Assembly: GCA_965222155.1 (NCBI GenBank)
Contig: CBDCTH010000012.1
Location: forward strand, 512,001 to 576,000
Reading direction: 5' to 3'
Length of the DNA stretch: 64,000 bases
Source of the DNA: Gammaproteobacteria bacterium
GTDB lineage: Bacteria; Pseudomonadota; Gammaproteobacteria; Eutrophobiales; Eutrophobiaceae
Below are positions 20,870 to 31,810 of this stretch, piece after piece. The notes beneath the pieces are model-generated. The model was not told the origin of the DNA and searched no databases. It saw only the letters and a list, made by a program, of their open reading frames with translations. The translations under genes and the position numbers were made by a program. Numbering within the stretch: position 1 is the stretch's first letter; every line of letters begins with the position of its first letter.

Positions 20870-21806
20870 GCCTGATGGCGGCCAGTAATTCTTCGATATC
20901 TGCGGTCAGTGGCGCCGACCACTCCAGGCTTTCATTATTCAGCGGATGCAGCAACTCCAGCCGGACCGCATGCAGCGCCTGTCTGGGAAATGCGGCAATC
21001 TTTTTCCTGAGTGTGTCCGATACATTTTTAGGAAACCGCTTCCTTCCCCCATAAACAGGGTCGCCGATAACAGGATGGCCCAGGTGCGCCATGTGGACCC
21101 GGATTTGATGGGTACGTCCCGTCTCAAGTCTTATTTTAAGGTCCGTACAGATGGGATATTTCCTGACGATCCGATAATGGGTCGTTGCGGTTTTACCCTT
21201 GTCGGTAACGGCCATGCGGGTTCGTAACGTCGGGTGCCTGCCTATGGCAGCGTTTATCGTACCGCCGCTGATTAAATGCCCATGCACGACAGCCCGGTAT
21301 TCTCTTGTGATTTTCCGGTCCTGTAAATCCTTCACCAGTCTCGTATGGGCTTCCAGTGTTTTCGCCACCACCATGATTCCTGAAGTTTCCTTATCGAGGC
21401 GCTGAACAATACCCGCCCTTGGGACCTGCGCCAAATCAGGGCAGTGATACAGCAAGGCGTTGACCAGGGTACGATCCGGGTTGCCGGCGCCCGGGTGAAC
21501 GACAATGCCCGGCGCCTTGTTGATGACAAGAATGGCCTCATCCTCATAGAGGACATCGATGGGGATAGCCTGTTCAATCCATTTTTCATTTCGATTTTCA
21601 AGCTGCGCCCTGACCTTGATCGACTGACCCCCCTGGACGGTATCTTTCTGCTTCAGCGAAGCGCCGTCCACGCTGACAAAACCATCTCTTATCCATGCCT
21701 GCAAGCGGGAACGGGAATGCTGCGGGCATAACAGGGCCAGGACCTGGTCGAGTCGTTTCCCGGTATGCTGTTCCGGCACAATTAGCGTATGGTTCTCCTT
21801 TCTCAT
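20853..21806 (-). CDS. rluD: 23S rRNA pseudouridine synthase RluD
   Basis: S4 domain, VVHPGAG, RLDKETSG and TGRTHQIRVH. Confidence 0.97.
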   Translation of the reverse strand: MRKENHTLIVPEQHTGKRLDQVLALLCPQHSRSRLQAWIRDGFVSVDGASLKQKDTVQGGQSIKVRAQLENRNEKWIEQAIPIDVLYEDEAILVINKAPGIVVHPGAGNPDRTLVNALLYHCPDLAQVPRAGIVQRLDKETSGIMVVAKTLEAHTRLVKDLQDRKITREYRAVVHGHLISGGTINAAIGRHPTLRTRMAVTDKGKTATTHYRIVRKYPICTDLKIRLETGRTHQIRVHMAHLGHPVIGDPVYGGRKRFPKNVSDTLRKKIAAFPRQALHAVRLELLHPLNNESLEWSAPLTADIEELLAAIRHESNE

Positions 21807-21885
21807 CTCAACATTAGTATAAGCTACACAGGGTACGGAGATCACATTACACGCGGGAACAGCCGAAGCCTACTACCCTCCGCCC

Positions 21886-22119
21886 TCACCATCTCGTTCG
21901 ACCCCGGGTTGCTGAGAATGCAGAGTTCACCGAATCGGAAGGGAGAGATGCCATTCCATATCTCAAATTGTACTGTTCTATCATCTCTTTACCTCCTTTC
22001 TTAAGGACAATGAGGTCGCACATTGTGCTCTCGACCCAAAGCAGGTACATGAAGCATTGGCCCGCTTCCAAAAGGAGTTGATCAACTTCAACAGTTAGTC
22101 TTGTCATTTGTGTGCTCAT
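21886..22119 (-). CDS. Short hypothetical ORF or gene fragment
   Basis: 77 aa ORF with ATG downstream of the R-M gene; no recognised motif. Confidence 0.3.
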   Translation of the reverse strand: MSTQMTRLTVEVDQLLLEAGQCFMYLLWVESTMCDLIVLKKGGKEMIEQYNLRYGMASLPSDSVNSAFSATRGRTRW

Positions 22120-22213
22120 TCTTATTTTTGACTGGATCCCACTTGCATCGTCGAAGTCCCCTCACCGTATCCGGGAAGTTCTGACATTGACCCGATTGCA
22201 AATGGCAATTTTC

Positions 22214-25003
22214 TCACCGCCTTCGGCGTTTCCTTCCCTTCATTTGCGCCGCGAGCGGCGTTTGCATCTTCTCGTAGAGCATAAACAGGTGCTCGACACG
22301 CTCGCGCTCGGAGGCGAAGCCGGTGCGCCGATAAAGCCGGTCCACCGCACGGTCAAGTGCCTGATGCGCCCGGCGCAGGTTCGGCGGCATCAAGTCAGGA
22401 TCGTAGAGATCAGCCAGTGTCGCGCCAGGATGAGCGGCACGGGCATCGAGCACTGCCTGGGCCAGCGGTTCCAATCTCGACAGGTCCTCTCCTTTGGGCA
22501 GCATCGGAAAGGTGTTGTAGACGAGACCGATGGAGTAGCGGTAGTCGCTCTTGAGCCGCCCGCCGATATGGCGCAGCCAGGCCATGTGCATGGCCGAGGT
22601 CAGTAGCGCGAAATCCGCCAGCGTTGCGTTTTGCAGAATCCTCACGAGATTGCTCGGAAAGACCGGCGGCTTCAGCCAGCCGATGGGCGCATACTCCCGC
22701 CGCTCGGAACTGACTTCGGGAATCACCAGAAACGGCGCATTGGGGATGACCTCGACATTGTACCGCGTCGGGTAATCGGCAATCGCCAACGTACTCTTGC
22801 GCTTGCTCTTCATCCGAAAGCGGCGGACGGCCGCCATGCGTTCGCGTACGCGGGGAAGGCCCTTCAGCTCCGTCGGCGATGCTTCCTGCAAGGCCAGAAT
22901 CCACCGCTCGCTTCCTTGCAGGTATTCGCGAGCGCCGACATAGGGGCGAAGAAATCGCAAGGCGTCCGGCTCGGCTTCCAAAAGTTCGGCGCGTTCCTCC
23001 GAGTTGAAAATGTACTCGCCGTCATCGATGGGCTGGCTTCCACTAACCAGCCTGCCTATCCCATTGATCGGCGCGCTTTCCTCTCGCACCACCAGATGCG
23101 GGTCGGAGAGCCCGCCAGCGTCGAACAGGTAGGGCGACAGCGCGGCGTGGCCGCTTTCCTCCGGCTCGCCGTTGATATCGGGATAGCTGAACAGGCGTTT
23201 CTCCGGTCGCGCGGCCTCCTGCCGGTCGAGGCCGAGAATAACAACATGCACGTGTGCCTTGCCGCGCGCGTCCGATCCCCACGCGAACGTGCGGTGCGCG
23301 AACGCGATCTCCAGCTTGCAACGCTCGAACAGGACCGGCCAGAGTTGCGCGACCTGCTCGCCTTGCGTGATCGAGTTGGTGGCGACGAAGCCGATCCGGG
23401 CGCGGCTGCCCTGCACATACTCTCCCGCCTTGATGAACCATGCGGCGACGTAATCGAGCGTGCCGCCGCTCTTGCCGAGCGCCGCGATCCCTCGCACCTG
23501 AGCACGTTGTTCCGTTGTCTGATACTTTGCGCCCACGAAGGGTGGGTTGCCGAAGACGAAGGAACAATCGCCCGGCGGCAGCAATTCGGACCAGTCGGTT
23601 TCCAGCGCGTCGCCGTGGACGATGTGCGGCGACTTCTCCAGAGGAATGCGAGCGTAGGTCTGGCCGAACTCCAGGCTCAGCCGGTTGTTCATGATGTGGT
23701 CCATCATCCACAGCGCGGTCTCAGCAGTGCGAGCCGGGAACTCGCCAAGCTCGATCCCGTAGAACTGATCCACGTCCACCGCCGACTGCCATGCGGCATC
23801 GAGCAGCGTCTGCGTGGTCGCGACGGTCGCGTCCCGAATCTCCTGGATGACCTCGATTTCGAGTAGCCGCAATTCCCGGTAGGCGATGATGAGGAAGTTG
23901 CCGCAACCGCACGCCGGGTCGAAGAACGTCATGCCGCCGAGCTTCACCTGGAATTGCCGGAGCGCGGCAAGGCGGTTTCGGCCGCGCCGCGCCCTCGCTC
24001 GCTCGAACTCGGCGCGCAGGTCGTCCATGAATAGCGGTTCGATCACCTTGAGGATGTTCTTCTCGGTCGTGTAGTGCGCGCCCTGGGCTCGGCGTTCCGC
24101 CGGGTCCATCACCGACTGGAACAGCGCGCCGAAGATCGCGGGCGAGAGTTTCGACCAGTCGAAGCGGCAGGCGTCCAGCAGCGCCCCGCGCATCGCCGCG
24201 TCGAACGAGAAGGTCCGCAGATGCCCATCGAACAGGTCGCCGTTGACGTAGGGGAACCGGGCAAGGTCCTCATCGAGGGTCGCGGGACGCCTGTCCTCCG
24301 GCGTGTCGAGCACCTCGAACAGCTGCGCGAGCCACGGCCCGAGATCGGCCCCGTCCTCGCTTGTGCGCGTCTCGATGAAATCGAGGAAGATGTCGCGCGG
24401 CTCGAACACCCCGGTGTCGTCGGCGAACATGCAGAACACGACGCGCACGAGGAACCGTTCCAGATCGTGCCCCCGGTGCCCCGCGTCCGCGAGCGCATCG
24501 TGCAGCTGCCCAACCAGCTCGGCGGCCTCGATGTTCGCCGGGTCCTGATCGCGGAAAGTCCGGCGCTGTACGCCGAGGATGAAGCCGAACGCCTCGACAT
24601 GGGCGGGAAGGTCAGCGAGCGTGAACGCGGCGACCTCCCGCTCGTCCAGGTCGTGAAGCTCGAAGGTCTGGAAGTCGCTGACCAGAATGTAGCGCGGGCG
24701 GTCGCGCTCGGGCAGCGCGTCGAAGTACTCCCCGGCCTGGGCGTATGCCGCCTTCAGGTCGCGCCCGGCGCTTTTCTGCTCGACGATCAAGACGCCCGGC
24801 CAGAACAGGTCGATGAAGCCCGAGCGGTTGTCCAGCTTCGCGACATGGGACTCGTAGCGCGCGACGTTCCGCCGCCGCACCCCGAACACCTCGAAGAAGG
24901 CGTTGTAGAAGCTCTGCGTTTCGCCCTTCTCGTAGGCCGCGTCCGCCCAGTCCTTGGCGAAGTCTGCGGCGCGAGCACGAACCTCGTTCCACGACAGGCG
25001 CAT
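22214..25003 (-). CDS. MmeI-like type IIL restriction endonuclease-methyltransferase
   Basis: N-terminal IDLFWPGVLIVEQKS PD-(D/E)xK motif, GAHYT, FDPACGCGNF (motif I), GNPPF (motif IV, m6A) and C-terminal TRD; start reassigned to ATG 25003. Confidence 0.92.
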   Translation of the reverse strand: MRLSWNEVRARAADFAKDWADAAYEKGETQSFYNAFFEVFGVRRRNVARYESHVAKLDNRSGFIDLFWPGVLIVEQKSAGRDLKAAYAQAGEYFDALPERDRPRYILVSDFQTFELHDLDEREVAAFTLADLPAHVEAFGFILGVQRRTFRDQDPANIEAAELVGQLHDALADAGHRGHDLERFLVRVVFCMFADDTGVFEPRDIFLDFIETRTSEDGADLGPWLAQLFEVLDTPEDRRPATLDEDLARFPYVNGDLFDGHLRTFSFDAAMRGALLDACRFDWSKLSPAIFGALFQSVMDPAERRAQGAHYTTEKNILKVIEPLFMDDLRAEFERARARRGRNRLAALRQFQVKLGGMTFFDPACGCGNFLIIAYRELRLLEIEVIQEIRDATVATTQTLLDAAWQSAVDVDQFYGIELGEFPARTAETALWMMDHIMNNRLSLEFGQTYARIPLEKSPHIVHGDALETDWSELLPPGDCSFVFGNPPFVGAKYQTTEQRAQVRGIAALGKSGGTLDYVAAWFIKAGEYVQGSRARIGFVATNSITQGEQVAQLWPVLFERCKLEIAFAHRTFAWGSDARGKAHVHVVILGLDRQEAARPEKRLFSYPDINGEPEESGHAALSPYLFDAGGLSDPHLVVREESAPINGIGRLVSGSQPIDDGEYIFNSEERAELLEAEPDALRFLRPYVGAREYLQGSERWILALQEASPTELKGLPRVRERMAAVRRFRMKSKRKSTLAIADYPTRYNVEVIPNAPFLVIPEVSSERREYAPIGWLKPPVFPSNLVRILQNATLADFALLTSAMHMAWLRHIGGRLKSDYRYSIGLVYNTFPMLPKGEDLSRLEPLAQAVLDARAAHPGATLADLYDPDLMPPNLRRAHQALDRAVDRLYRRTGFASERERVEHLFMLYEKMQTPLAAQMKGRKRRRR

Positions 25004-25127
25004 CAGTTCACGCCGCCCGCCTTGTACCGCGCGAGGGATCGCTTCCCGGCGACCGGAAGCGGCACCCGCAGACGAACGACGGCTTCCGAGACAGTCGTCC
25101 GTTCCGCGGCGCGGCCGCGAGATCGGA

Positions 25128-25448
25128 TCATGCCTGCAACGCGGCCGCGCGCCTTTCGGCGGCGGCCCGGTCCCGGCGCGTCTGCGCAAGCTCGTAGCTC
25201 GCCTGCATCCGCATCCAGTGATCAGCAGTGCCCCAGCTGATATCCTCCAGCGCCAGCGCCATTTTCGCGGACACCCCTGCCTTGCCGTTCAGCAGCCGCG
25301 ACAACGTTCCGCGCTCACAGCCCAAGCGCGCCGCCGTCTCGCTTACGTTCCACCCCACATCGTTCATGCTCTCGCGGATCAGTTCGCCCAGGTGCGGTGG
25401 GTTCAGCATCGGGCTGACGCGATCGTTTGCAATGTCGTTCATGGTCAA
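25128..25448 (-). CDS. higA: HigA family antitoxin
   Basis: PPHLGELIRE, HTH and WMRMQASYEL. Confidence 0.9.
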   Translation of the reverse strand: MTMNDIANDRVSPMLNPPHLGELIRESMNDVGWNVSETAARLGCERGTLSRLLNGKAGVSAKMALALEDISWGTADHWMRMQASYELAQTRRDRAAAERRAAALQA

Positions 25449-25460
25449 CGCTCCCCTCGG

Positions 25461-25733
25461 TCAGTGGTAGTCAATCAAATTTACGTCTACGGCCTCGCCG
25501 TCCTCGAAACGGAACACCACGCGCCAGTTGCCGAAGACGCGAACGCTCCACTGGCCCGCGCGGTTGCCCTTCAGGGGATGCAGCCGGAAGCCCGGCGCAT
25601 CGGCGCTGCCCGGATGCGTCGCCTCTTGCAGCCGGAGCAGGATACGCCGAAGCCGTGGCGCCAGCCCGACAGGCAGTCGCGCGGCATCGTCCCGCTCGTG
25701 CAGTGCCCGCAGTCCCTTGTGCCTGATCTTCAT
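25461..25733 (-). CDS. higB: HigB (RelE-type) toxin
   Basis: HKGLRAL, LHPLKGNRAGQWSVRV.GNWRVVFRF and DYH; toxin precedes antitoxin. Confidence 0.92.
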   Translation of the reverse strand: MKIRHKGLRALHERDDAARLPVGLAPRLRRILLRLQEATHPGSADAPGFRLHPLKGNRAGQWSVRVFGNWRVVFRFEDGEAVDVNLIDYH

Positions 25734-25740
25734 GCAACAT

Positions 25741-25759
25741 TGTAGCGCGCCACGTTACA
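25741..25759. promoter_or_regulatory. Putative HigA operator
   Basis: Imperfect inverted repeat TGTAGCG-N5-CGTTACA just upstream of higB. Confidence 0.55.
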
Positions 25760-25864
25760 CGCCGCAAGCGTTTGTATGGGTCCAACCAGGACTATCTTAA
25801 AGTCATGCCAGGCGCTTCCGCTAAATCGGGGTCAATACAGTGATTTTTGCCGGATTCGAACACA

Positions 25865-25891
25865 GGGGGGACAGATTTAAATCTGTCCCCC
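25865..25891. repeat. Palindromic repeat family A
   Basis: GGGGGACAGATTTAAATCTGTCCCCC. Confidence 0.85.
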
Positions 25892-25913
25892 AGGAGTCAC
25901 GGGTATGTTTCCT

Positions 25914-25979
25914 TGGGAGGGAGGGCGTCTCGCCCTCCACGAGGGCAGAATGCCCTCGCTCCCGGGAGTTAGCGGGAGC
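25914..25979. repeat. REP-like family D (GAGGGC..GCCCTC hairpins)
   Basis: Two hairpins; 25941-25979 is an imperfect reverse complement of 43788-43826. Confidence 0.7.
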
Positions 25980-26133
25980 ACCTGTATGTTGATCGAGTTT
26001 CTTGATAAGGAGCTTATTGTGCTCATTGAATCGGTCAGTGAACTGTTTGCTCTTTTGTGAGGAAGGGCGGCAGGAATCCATGATATGATATCGTCACGAT
26101 CGATCAGTAAAATAGTCAGGTTTCGCATTGATC

Positions 26134-27261
26134 ATGCCCGGCGACCGCAGCTCGCGTTTTCTTACATTTTTTATTCAGTCCGTTGTTGTCGGGTTGGCCG
26201 GCGCGTTCGTCCTGCTGTATCTGTTCCCCAGCCTGTATTTGTCCCAAAACGGTGTTGACATCAGAACAGACCAGAGTGTTGTCGTCTCCTACAGCGAGGC
26301 GGTGGCCGCGGTTGCGCCCGCAGTGGTTAACGTCTACGCCACATATATCGAGCGGCAGACGATTCATCCCCTGTTCCAGGACCCCTTGTTCCGCCGTTTC
26401 TTCGGCCCCCGGGTTCCGAGTGAGCGGCGTAATAACAATCTCGGCTCCGGGGTGATTATAGATGGGGATGGCTATTTACTTACCAATGCCCATGTCATCA
26501 ACAATGCTGATGAAATACTCATCACGCTGTACGATGGAAGACAATCGCCTGCGGAGGTCGTGGGCATTGACGCGGATACCGACCTCGCGGTGCTGAAAAT
26601 AGAACTGGACAACCTGCATGTAGCCCCATCCGGCGATTCAAGCCGGGTGAAGGTGGGGGATGTCGTCCTGGCTATAGGGAACCCGTATGATTTCGGCCAG
26701 ACTGTCACCCAGGGCATCGTCAGCGCCACGGGACGTAACAGGGTAGGTATTACCACGTTCGAGAATTTTATCCAGACAGACGCGGATATCAATCCGGGCA
26801 ATTCCGGCGGGGCCCTGATTTCCGCAACAGGGAAATTAATAGGGATCAACACGGCAATTATATCCAGCAGCGGTGGTTCTCAAGGGATCGGCCTGGCTAT
26901 TCCGACTAACCTGGCTCTGGACGTAATGCAGCAGATTATTGATTACGGCCATGTCATCCGCGGCTGGATCGGTATCGAAGCGCAGATTGTGCCGCGGGAT
27001 ATCATCGATGCGAGAGGTCCGGTTGAAAGCGGCATCCTGATCGCGGCCGTTCTCAACGGCAGCCCGGCTGATCAGGCCGGAATCATGCCTGGCGATATCA
27101 TGTCCAGGATCGACGGCAAGCCCCTGTTTGACCCGCAATACACGATCAACCTGATCTCCCAGGTCAAACCGGGCGACACGATAGAAATAGAACTCCTGCG
27201 CGGCTGGGAGAGAGTAACGTTAAGCGTACAAGTGGCAGAACGACCAGCCCTCAGACAGTAA
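26134..27261 (+). CDS. degS: DegS/HtrA serine protease with one PDZ domain
   Basis: TNAHV, DLAVLK and GNSGG catalytic triad; N-terminal TM; single PDZ. Confidence 0.88.
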   Translation: MPGDRSSRFLTFFIQSVVVGLAGAFVLLYLFPSLYLSQNGVDIRTDQSVVVSYSEAVAAVAPAVVNVYATYIERQTIHPLFQDPLFRRFFGPRVPSERRNNNLGSGVIIDGDGYLLTNAHVINNADEILITLYDGRQSPAEVVGIDADTDLAVLKIELDNLHVAPSGDSSRVKVGDVVLAIGNPYDFGQTVTQGIVSATGRNRVGITTFENFIQTDADINPGNSGGALISATGKLIGINTAIISSSGGSQGIGLAIPTNLALDVMQQIIDYGHVIRGWIGIEAQIVPRDIIDARGPVESGILIAAVLNGSPADQAGIMPGDIMSRIDGKPLFDPQYTINLISQVKPGDTIEIELLRGWERVTLSVQVAERPALRQ

Positions 27262-27270
27262 ACCTCTTTT

Positions 27271-27372
27271 AACATGGATGGGCAGGATAAACAGGATAAT
27301 TTCAATATCATACGAGGGCAGGTCCCCAGACCATTCTTTTAGAATCCTGTACATCCTGTTAATCCATGTGAA
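27271..27372. repeat. Inverted-repeat element family C between convergent genes
   Basis: ACATGGATGGGCAGGATAAACAGGAT ... ATCCTGTACATCCTGTTAATCCATGT; a half copy lies at 38421-38444. Confidence 0.7.
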
Positions 27373-27381
27373 TTTTTTCTT

Positions 27382-28683
27382 TCAGTTTTCCTTCATGCGC
27401 AGTTCTGCGGAACGGGCATGTGCCGACAGCCCTTCGGCGCGGGCCAGAACGGTTGCGGTGCGGGCAAGCTCGGAGGCGGACGCGGCGCTGCATTCAATCA
27501 GGGATGAGCGTTTCTGGAAATCATAGACTCCCAGTGGTGATGAGAATCTTGCAGTCCTGCCGGTAGGCAGGACGTGACTCGGGCCTGCGCAGTAATCTCC
27601 CAGTGCTTCTGCGGCAAAATGTCCCAGGAAGATTGCGCCGGCGTGCCTGATTCCTTCCAGGTACCTGTCCGGATCCTGTAGCGCGAGTTCCAGGTGCTCC
27701 GGCGCCAGCCGGTTTACGATGGCGCATGCCTGTTCCATGCCCCCGGCCCGGATCAATGCGCCGTTGTTCACGATTGCAGTGCGAATAATGTCGGCGCGTT
27801 CCATCTGTGCGATCTGTTGGTTAATTGAGACTTCAACCCGTTCAGGCAAACTTGCGTCGGTCGTTACCAGGATAGCCCGGGCATCCTCGTCATGCTCTGC
27901 CTGAGCGAACATGTCCATAGCGATCCAGTCCGGGTCAGCGCTCTCGTCGGCAACGACCACCACCTCGGATGGGCCGGCGATCATGTCTATGCCGACAACG
28001 CCGAAAACAAGCCGTTTGGCGGCAGCAACGTAGCGATTTCCCGGTCCCACGATCTTATCGACCGCGGGAACCGGGCCGGCGCCGTAGGCCAGGGCCGCGA
28101 TGGCTTGTGCACCGCCGATTGAAAAGACCTTGTCGACCCCCGCCACTTGTGCTGCCGCCAGGACAACGGGGGCGATTTCATCATTGACTGCCGGCACGAC
28201 CATAATAATTTCCCCGACACCGGCCACTTGCGCCGGTATTGCATTCATTAATACCGATGACGGGTACGCTGCCTTGCCGCCTGGAACGTAAATGCCTACT
28301 CTATCCAGGGGGGTAATGCGTTGTCCGAGGGTTGAGCCGTCCTGATCCCGGTAACTCCAGGATTGGGCTTTCTGATGCTGGTGGTACTCGCGTATGCGCG
28401 CTGCGGCGCTCTCCAATGCCTGGCGGAGGTCCGGTGGTATCGCCGCCAGGGCTTGCTGCAGGCTTGTTTCAGCCACTTCCAGGTCGCCGGGTCCGACTGA
28501 ACGGTGGTCAAATCGATTGGTGTATTCCACCAGCGCCGTGACGCCGTTATCCCTGACGTTGCTCAGGATTGCCGAGACGGTCGCGGTCAGCTCCGGGTCC
28601 AGGGTTTCGTTGCCGGCCAGCAGTTGTGCAAAGCGGTTTTCAAATTGCGGATCAGAATCGTCCAGCCTGGTAATGCGGATCAT
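27382..28683 (-). CDS. hisD: Histidinol dehydrogenase
   Basis: [25 protein letters not shown] and APEHLE. Confidence 0.98.
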   Translation of the reverse strand: MIRITRLDDSDPQFENRFAQLLAGNETLDPELTATVSAILSNVRDNGVTALVEYTNRFDHRSVGPGDLEVAETSLQQALAAIPPDLRQALESAAARIREYHQHQKAQSWSYRDQDGSTLGQRITPLDRVGIYVPGGKAAYPSSVLMNAIPAQVAGVGEIIMVVPAVNDEIAPVVLAAAQVAGVDKVFSIGGAQAIAALAYGAGPVPAVDKIVGPGNRYVAAAKRLVFGVVGIDMIAGPSEVVVVADESADPDWIAMDMFAQAEHDEDARAILVTTDASLPERVEVSINQQIAQMERADIIRTAIVNNGALIRAGGMEQACAIVNRLAPEHLELALQDPDRYLEGIRHAGAIFLGHFAAEALGDYCAGPSHVLPTGRTARFSSPLGVYDFQKRSSLIECSAASASELARTATVLARAEGLSAHARSAELRMKEN

Positions 28684-29312
28684 TGGGGTACGGCCTCGCT
28701 AAGGCGTTTTATGAAAGGCTTGATAATCTCCTGTTTCATCTTCATTGCTGCCTTGTTGACGATGAGACGGGAACTGATGTCAGCAATTTTCTCCAGTGCT
28801 ACCAGGCCGTTTTCTTTCAGGGTATTGCCCGTATTGACCAGATCAACTATCAGGTCGGACAAGCCCAGCACGGGAGCGAGTTCCATGGAACCGTACAACT
28901 TTATGATCTCCACCTGTTGCCCTCTTTCGGCAAAAAAGTTCCGGGTTGTCGTAACATATTTGGTGGCAACGCGTAACCGCCCCGACATCTCCGGGGCGTC
29001 CTGCGACCCTGCCAGCATCAAGCGGCAGCGGGCAATGTTCAGGTCCAACGGCTCGTACAGGTTGTCGCTATCAGTTTCGATAAGCACGTCTTTGCCGGCG
29101 ATGCCGAGATCCGCGCCGCCGTTCAGGACGTAGGTGGGTACGTCAGACGCGCGGATGACGATCAGCCTGATTTCGGCATGGTTGGTTTCAAAAATAAGTT
29201 TGCGTGTCGTGTTGGGATCATCAAGAGGGCGAACATCGATGCGCGCAAGCAAGGGGAGGGACTCTGTAAGAATTCGTCCTTTGGAAACCGCGATGGTAAT
29301 CCCGTTTTTCAT
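28680..29312 (-). CDS. hisG: ATP phosphoribosyltransferase, short form
   Basis: SKGRI, ATKY and GSMELAP; 210 aa with no C-terminal regulatory domain. Confidence 0.96.
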   Translation of the reverse strand: MKNGITIAVSKGRILTESLPLLARIDVRPLDDPNTTRKLIFETNHAEIRLIVIRASDVPTYVLNGGADLGIAGKDVLIETDSDNLYEPLDLNIARCRLMLAGSQDAPEMSGRLRVATKYVTTTRNFFAERGQQVEIIKLYGSMELAPVLGLSDLIVDLVNTGNTLKENGLVALEKIADISSRLIVNKAAMKMKQEIIKPFIKRLSEAVPQ

Positions 29313-29349
29313 TTATAGTTGCGTTTCCGTTTATTTCTCGTCGAACAAG

Positions 29350-29434
29350 ATATTTGGGGTCAGGGTAAAAATACTGGATGATAAACCATCACCGCCTGTC
29401 AAATTAGCTGTATTTTTACTCTGACCCCAAATAT
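29350..29434. repeat. MITE-like inverted-repeat element between murA and hisG
   Basis: ATATTTGGGGTCAGGGTAAAAATAC / GTATTTTTACTCTGACCCCAAATAT. Confidence 0.75.
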
Positions 29435-29437
29435 TCA

Positions 29438-30700
<1,263 letters not shown>

Positions 30701-30961
30701 TTAGCCCGTGGATATAACTCGAAGTGAGCTCTTTTTCTTCCATTGTTCCGGGGTGTAGGTCTGTATGGAGAGTGCATGGATGTCAGTTCCCATCTTGTCT
30801 CCCAGGGCCTTGTAGACCAACTGGTGTTGCTGGACCATGTTCTTTCCGGCAAATACATCGCTTACGATGATTGCCGTGAAGTGCGTTCCATCACCCTCCA
30901 CCTCGACCTCACTGCCCGGGACACCGGCTTCGATCAATCTTGTAATATCTTCAACCTGCAT
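30701..30961 (-). CDS. ibaG: BolA/IbaG family protein
   Basis: GDGTHF, QHQLVY and IHALSI; upstream of murA. Confidence 0.88.
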   Translation of the reverse strand: MQVEDITRLIEAGVPGSEVEVEGDGTHFTAIIVSDVFAGKNMVQQHQLVYKALGDKMGTDIHALSIQTYTPEQWKKKSSLRVISTG

Positions 30962-30991
30962 GGGATCCCCCGGCATCAGCGCAGATAAACC

Positions 30992-31624
30992 TTATGTTTC
31001 ATCGGTCAACGATTGTTCCAGCTTCTCATTTTTGTCTACCAGTTTTTGAATCAATGATTCAAGACCGTTGTTGCGAATCTCGGAGGCAAATGACTTCCGG
31101 TACGTCTCTACCAGGCTAATCCCTTCAAAGGCGACGTTTACCACCTTCCAACTGCCGTCACTGATATGCATGGTGTAATTGACCGGCGTGACACCGCTGT
31201 CTGAGACGATCTCGGTTTTCACCATCACGATATTGGGTTTGGAACCCGTCAGGGTTTCCAGGTAATTGACTCTCTCGTTGGTAAATCCAAGCACCGCCTT
31301 GGCATAGGTACGCACCAGCAGGCTTTTGAATTCATAGGTGAATATAGTGCGTTGTTCTTCGCTAGCCTGCTTCCAGTACTTACCCAGTATCCATCTTGAC
31401 ATATTGTTGAAATCGAAGACGGGGATGATCAGGTCATTTATCAGGTCATAGACTATTTCCGGTTGTGCATCAAGCTTTTTCTTTTCTTCAGCGATACGTG
31501 CAATCACGCCATCGACTGTGGCGAGTATGACATCTTTCGGCTCGCCTATATCATCAGCGGCGGGCGCAGTTAGCGCCAGCGCCGACAACAGCAATATCAT
31601 TAAAATGCCAACTTTCCGTTTCAT
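30992..31624 (-). CDS. mlaC: MlaC/Ttg2D phospholipid-binding protein
   Basis: Signal peptide, LGKYW, LVRTY and WKVVNVAFEGISL. Confidence 0.88.
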   Translation of the reverse strand: MKRKVGILMILLLSALALTAPAADDIGEPKDVILATVDGVIARIAEEKKKLDAQPEIVYDLINDLIIPVFDFNNMSRWILGKYWKQASEEQRTIFTYEFKSLLVRTYAKAVLGFTNERVNYLETLTGSKPNIVMVKTEIVSDSGVTPVNYTMHISDGSWKVVNVAFEGISLVETYRKSFASEIRNNGLESLIQKLVDKNEKLEQSLTDET

Positions 31625-31752
31625 GGTTTGATTTCTCCTGATTGAATGAGTATGGGGCTAAACTCTACATTCTAATTTGATCCTGACAATTGAGAAAGAT
31701 TTTATTTGGCAAAGTTCCAGGATTTCCATATTTTTTTGGGGAAAACGGCGGG

Positions 31753-31810
31753 AGAGGGGACAGATTTCAAATCTGTCCCCTCTGTGATCTCTGTGTCCTC
31801 TATGGCTAAA
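31753..31810. repeat. Family A palindrome followed by family B (CTCTGTG-rich) repeat
   Basis: AGAGGGGACAGATTTCAAATCTGTCCCCTCT then GTGATCTCTGTGTCCTCTATGG; family B also at 17382-17409 and inverted at 5767-5793. Confidence 0.75.

Noticed and set aside
25004-25189. Arg-rich N-terminal extension of the R-M protein
   Set aside because: It overlaps higA; the family-like sequence begins at MRLSWNE (25003), which has a GGCGTGA/GGCGG purine-rich upstream stretch
22631-25745. Long plus-strand ORFs (411, 388 and 263 aa)
   Set aside because: Antisense shadows of the GC-rich R-M and higBA genes with no recognisable motifs
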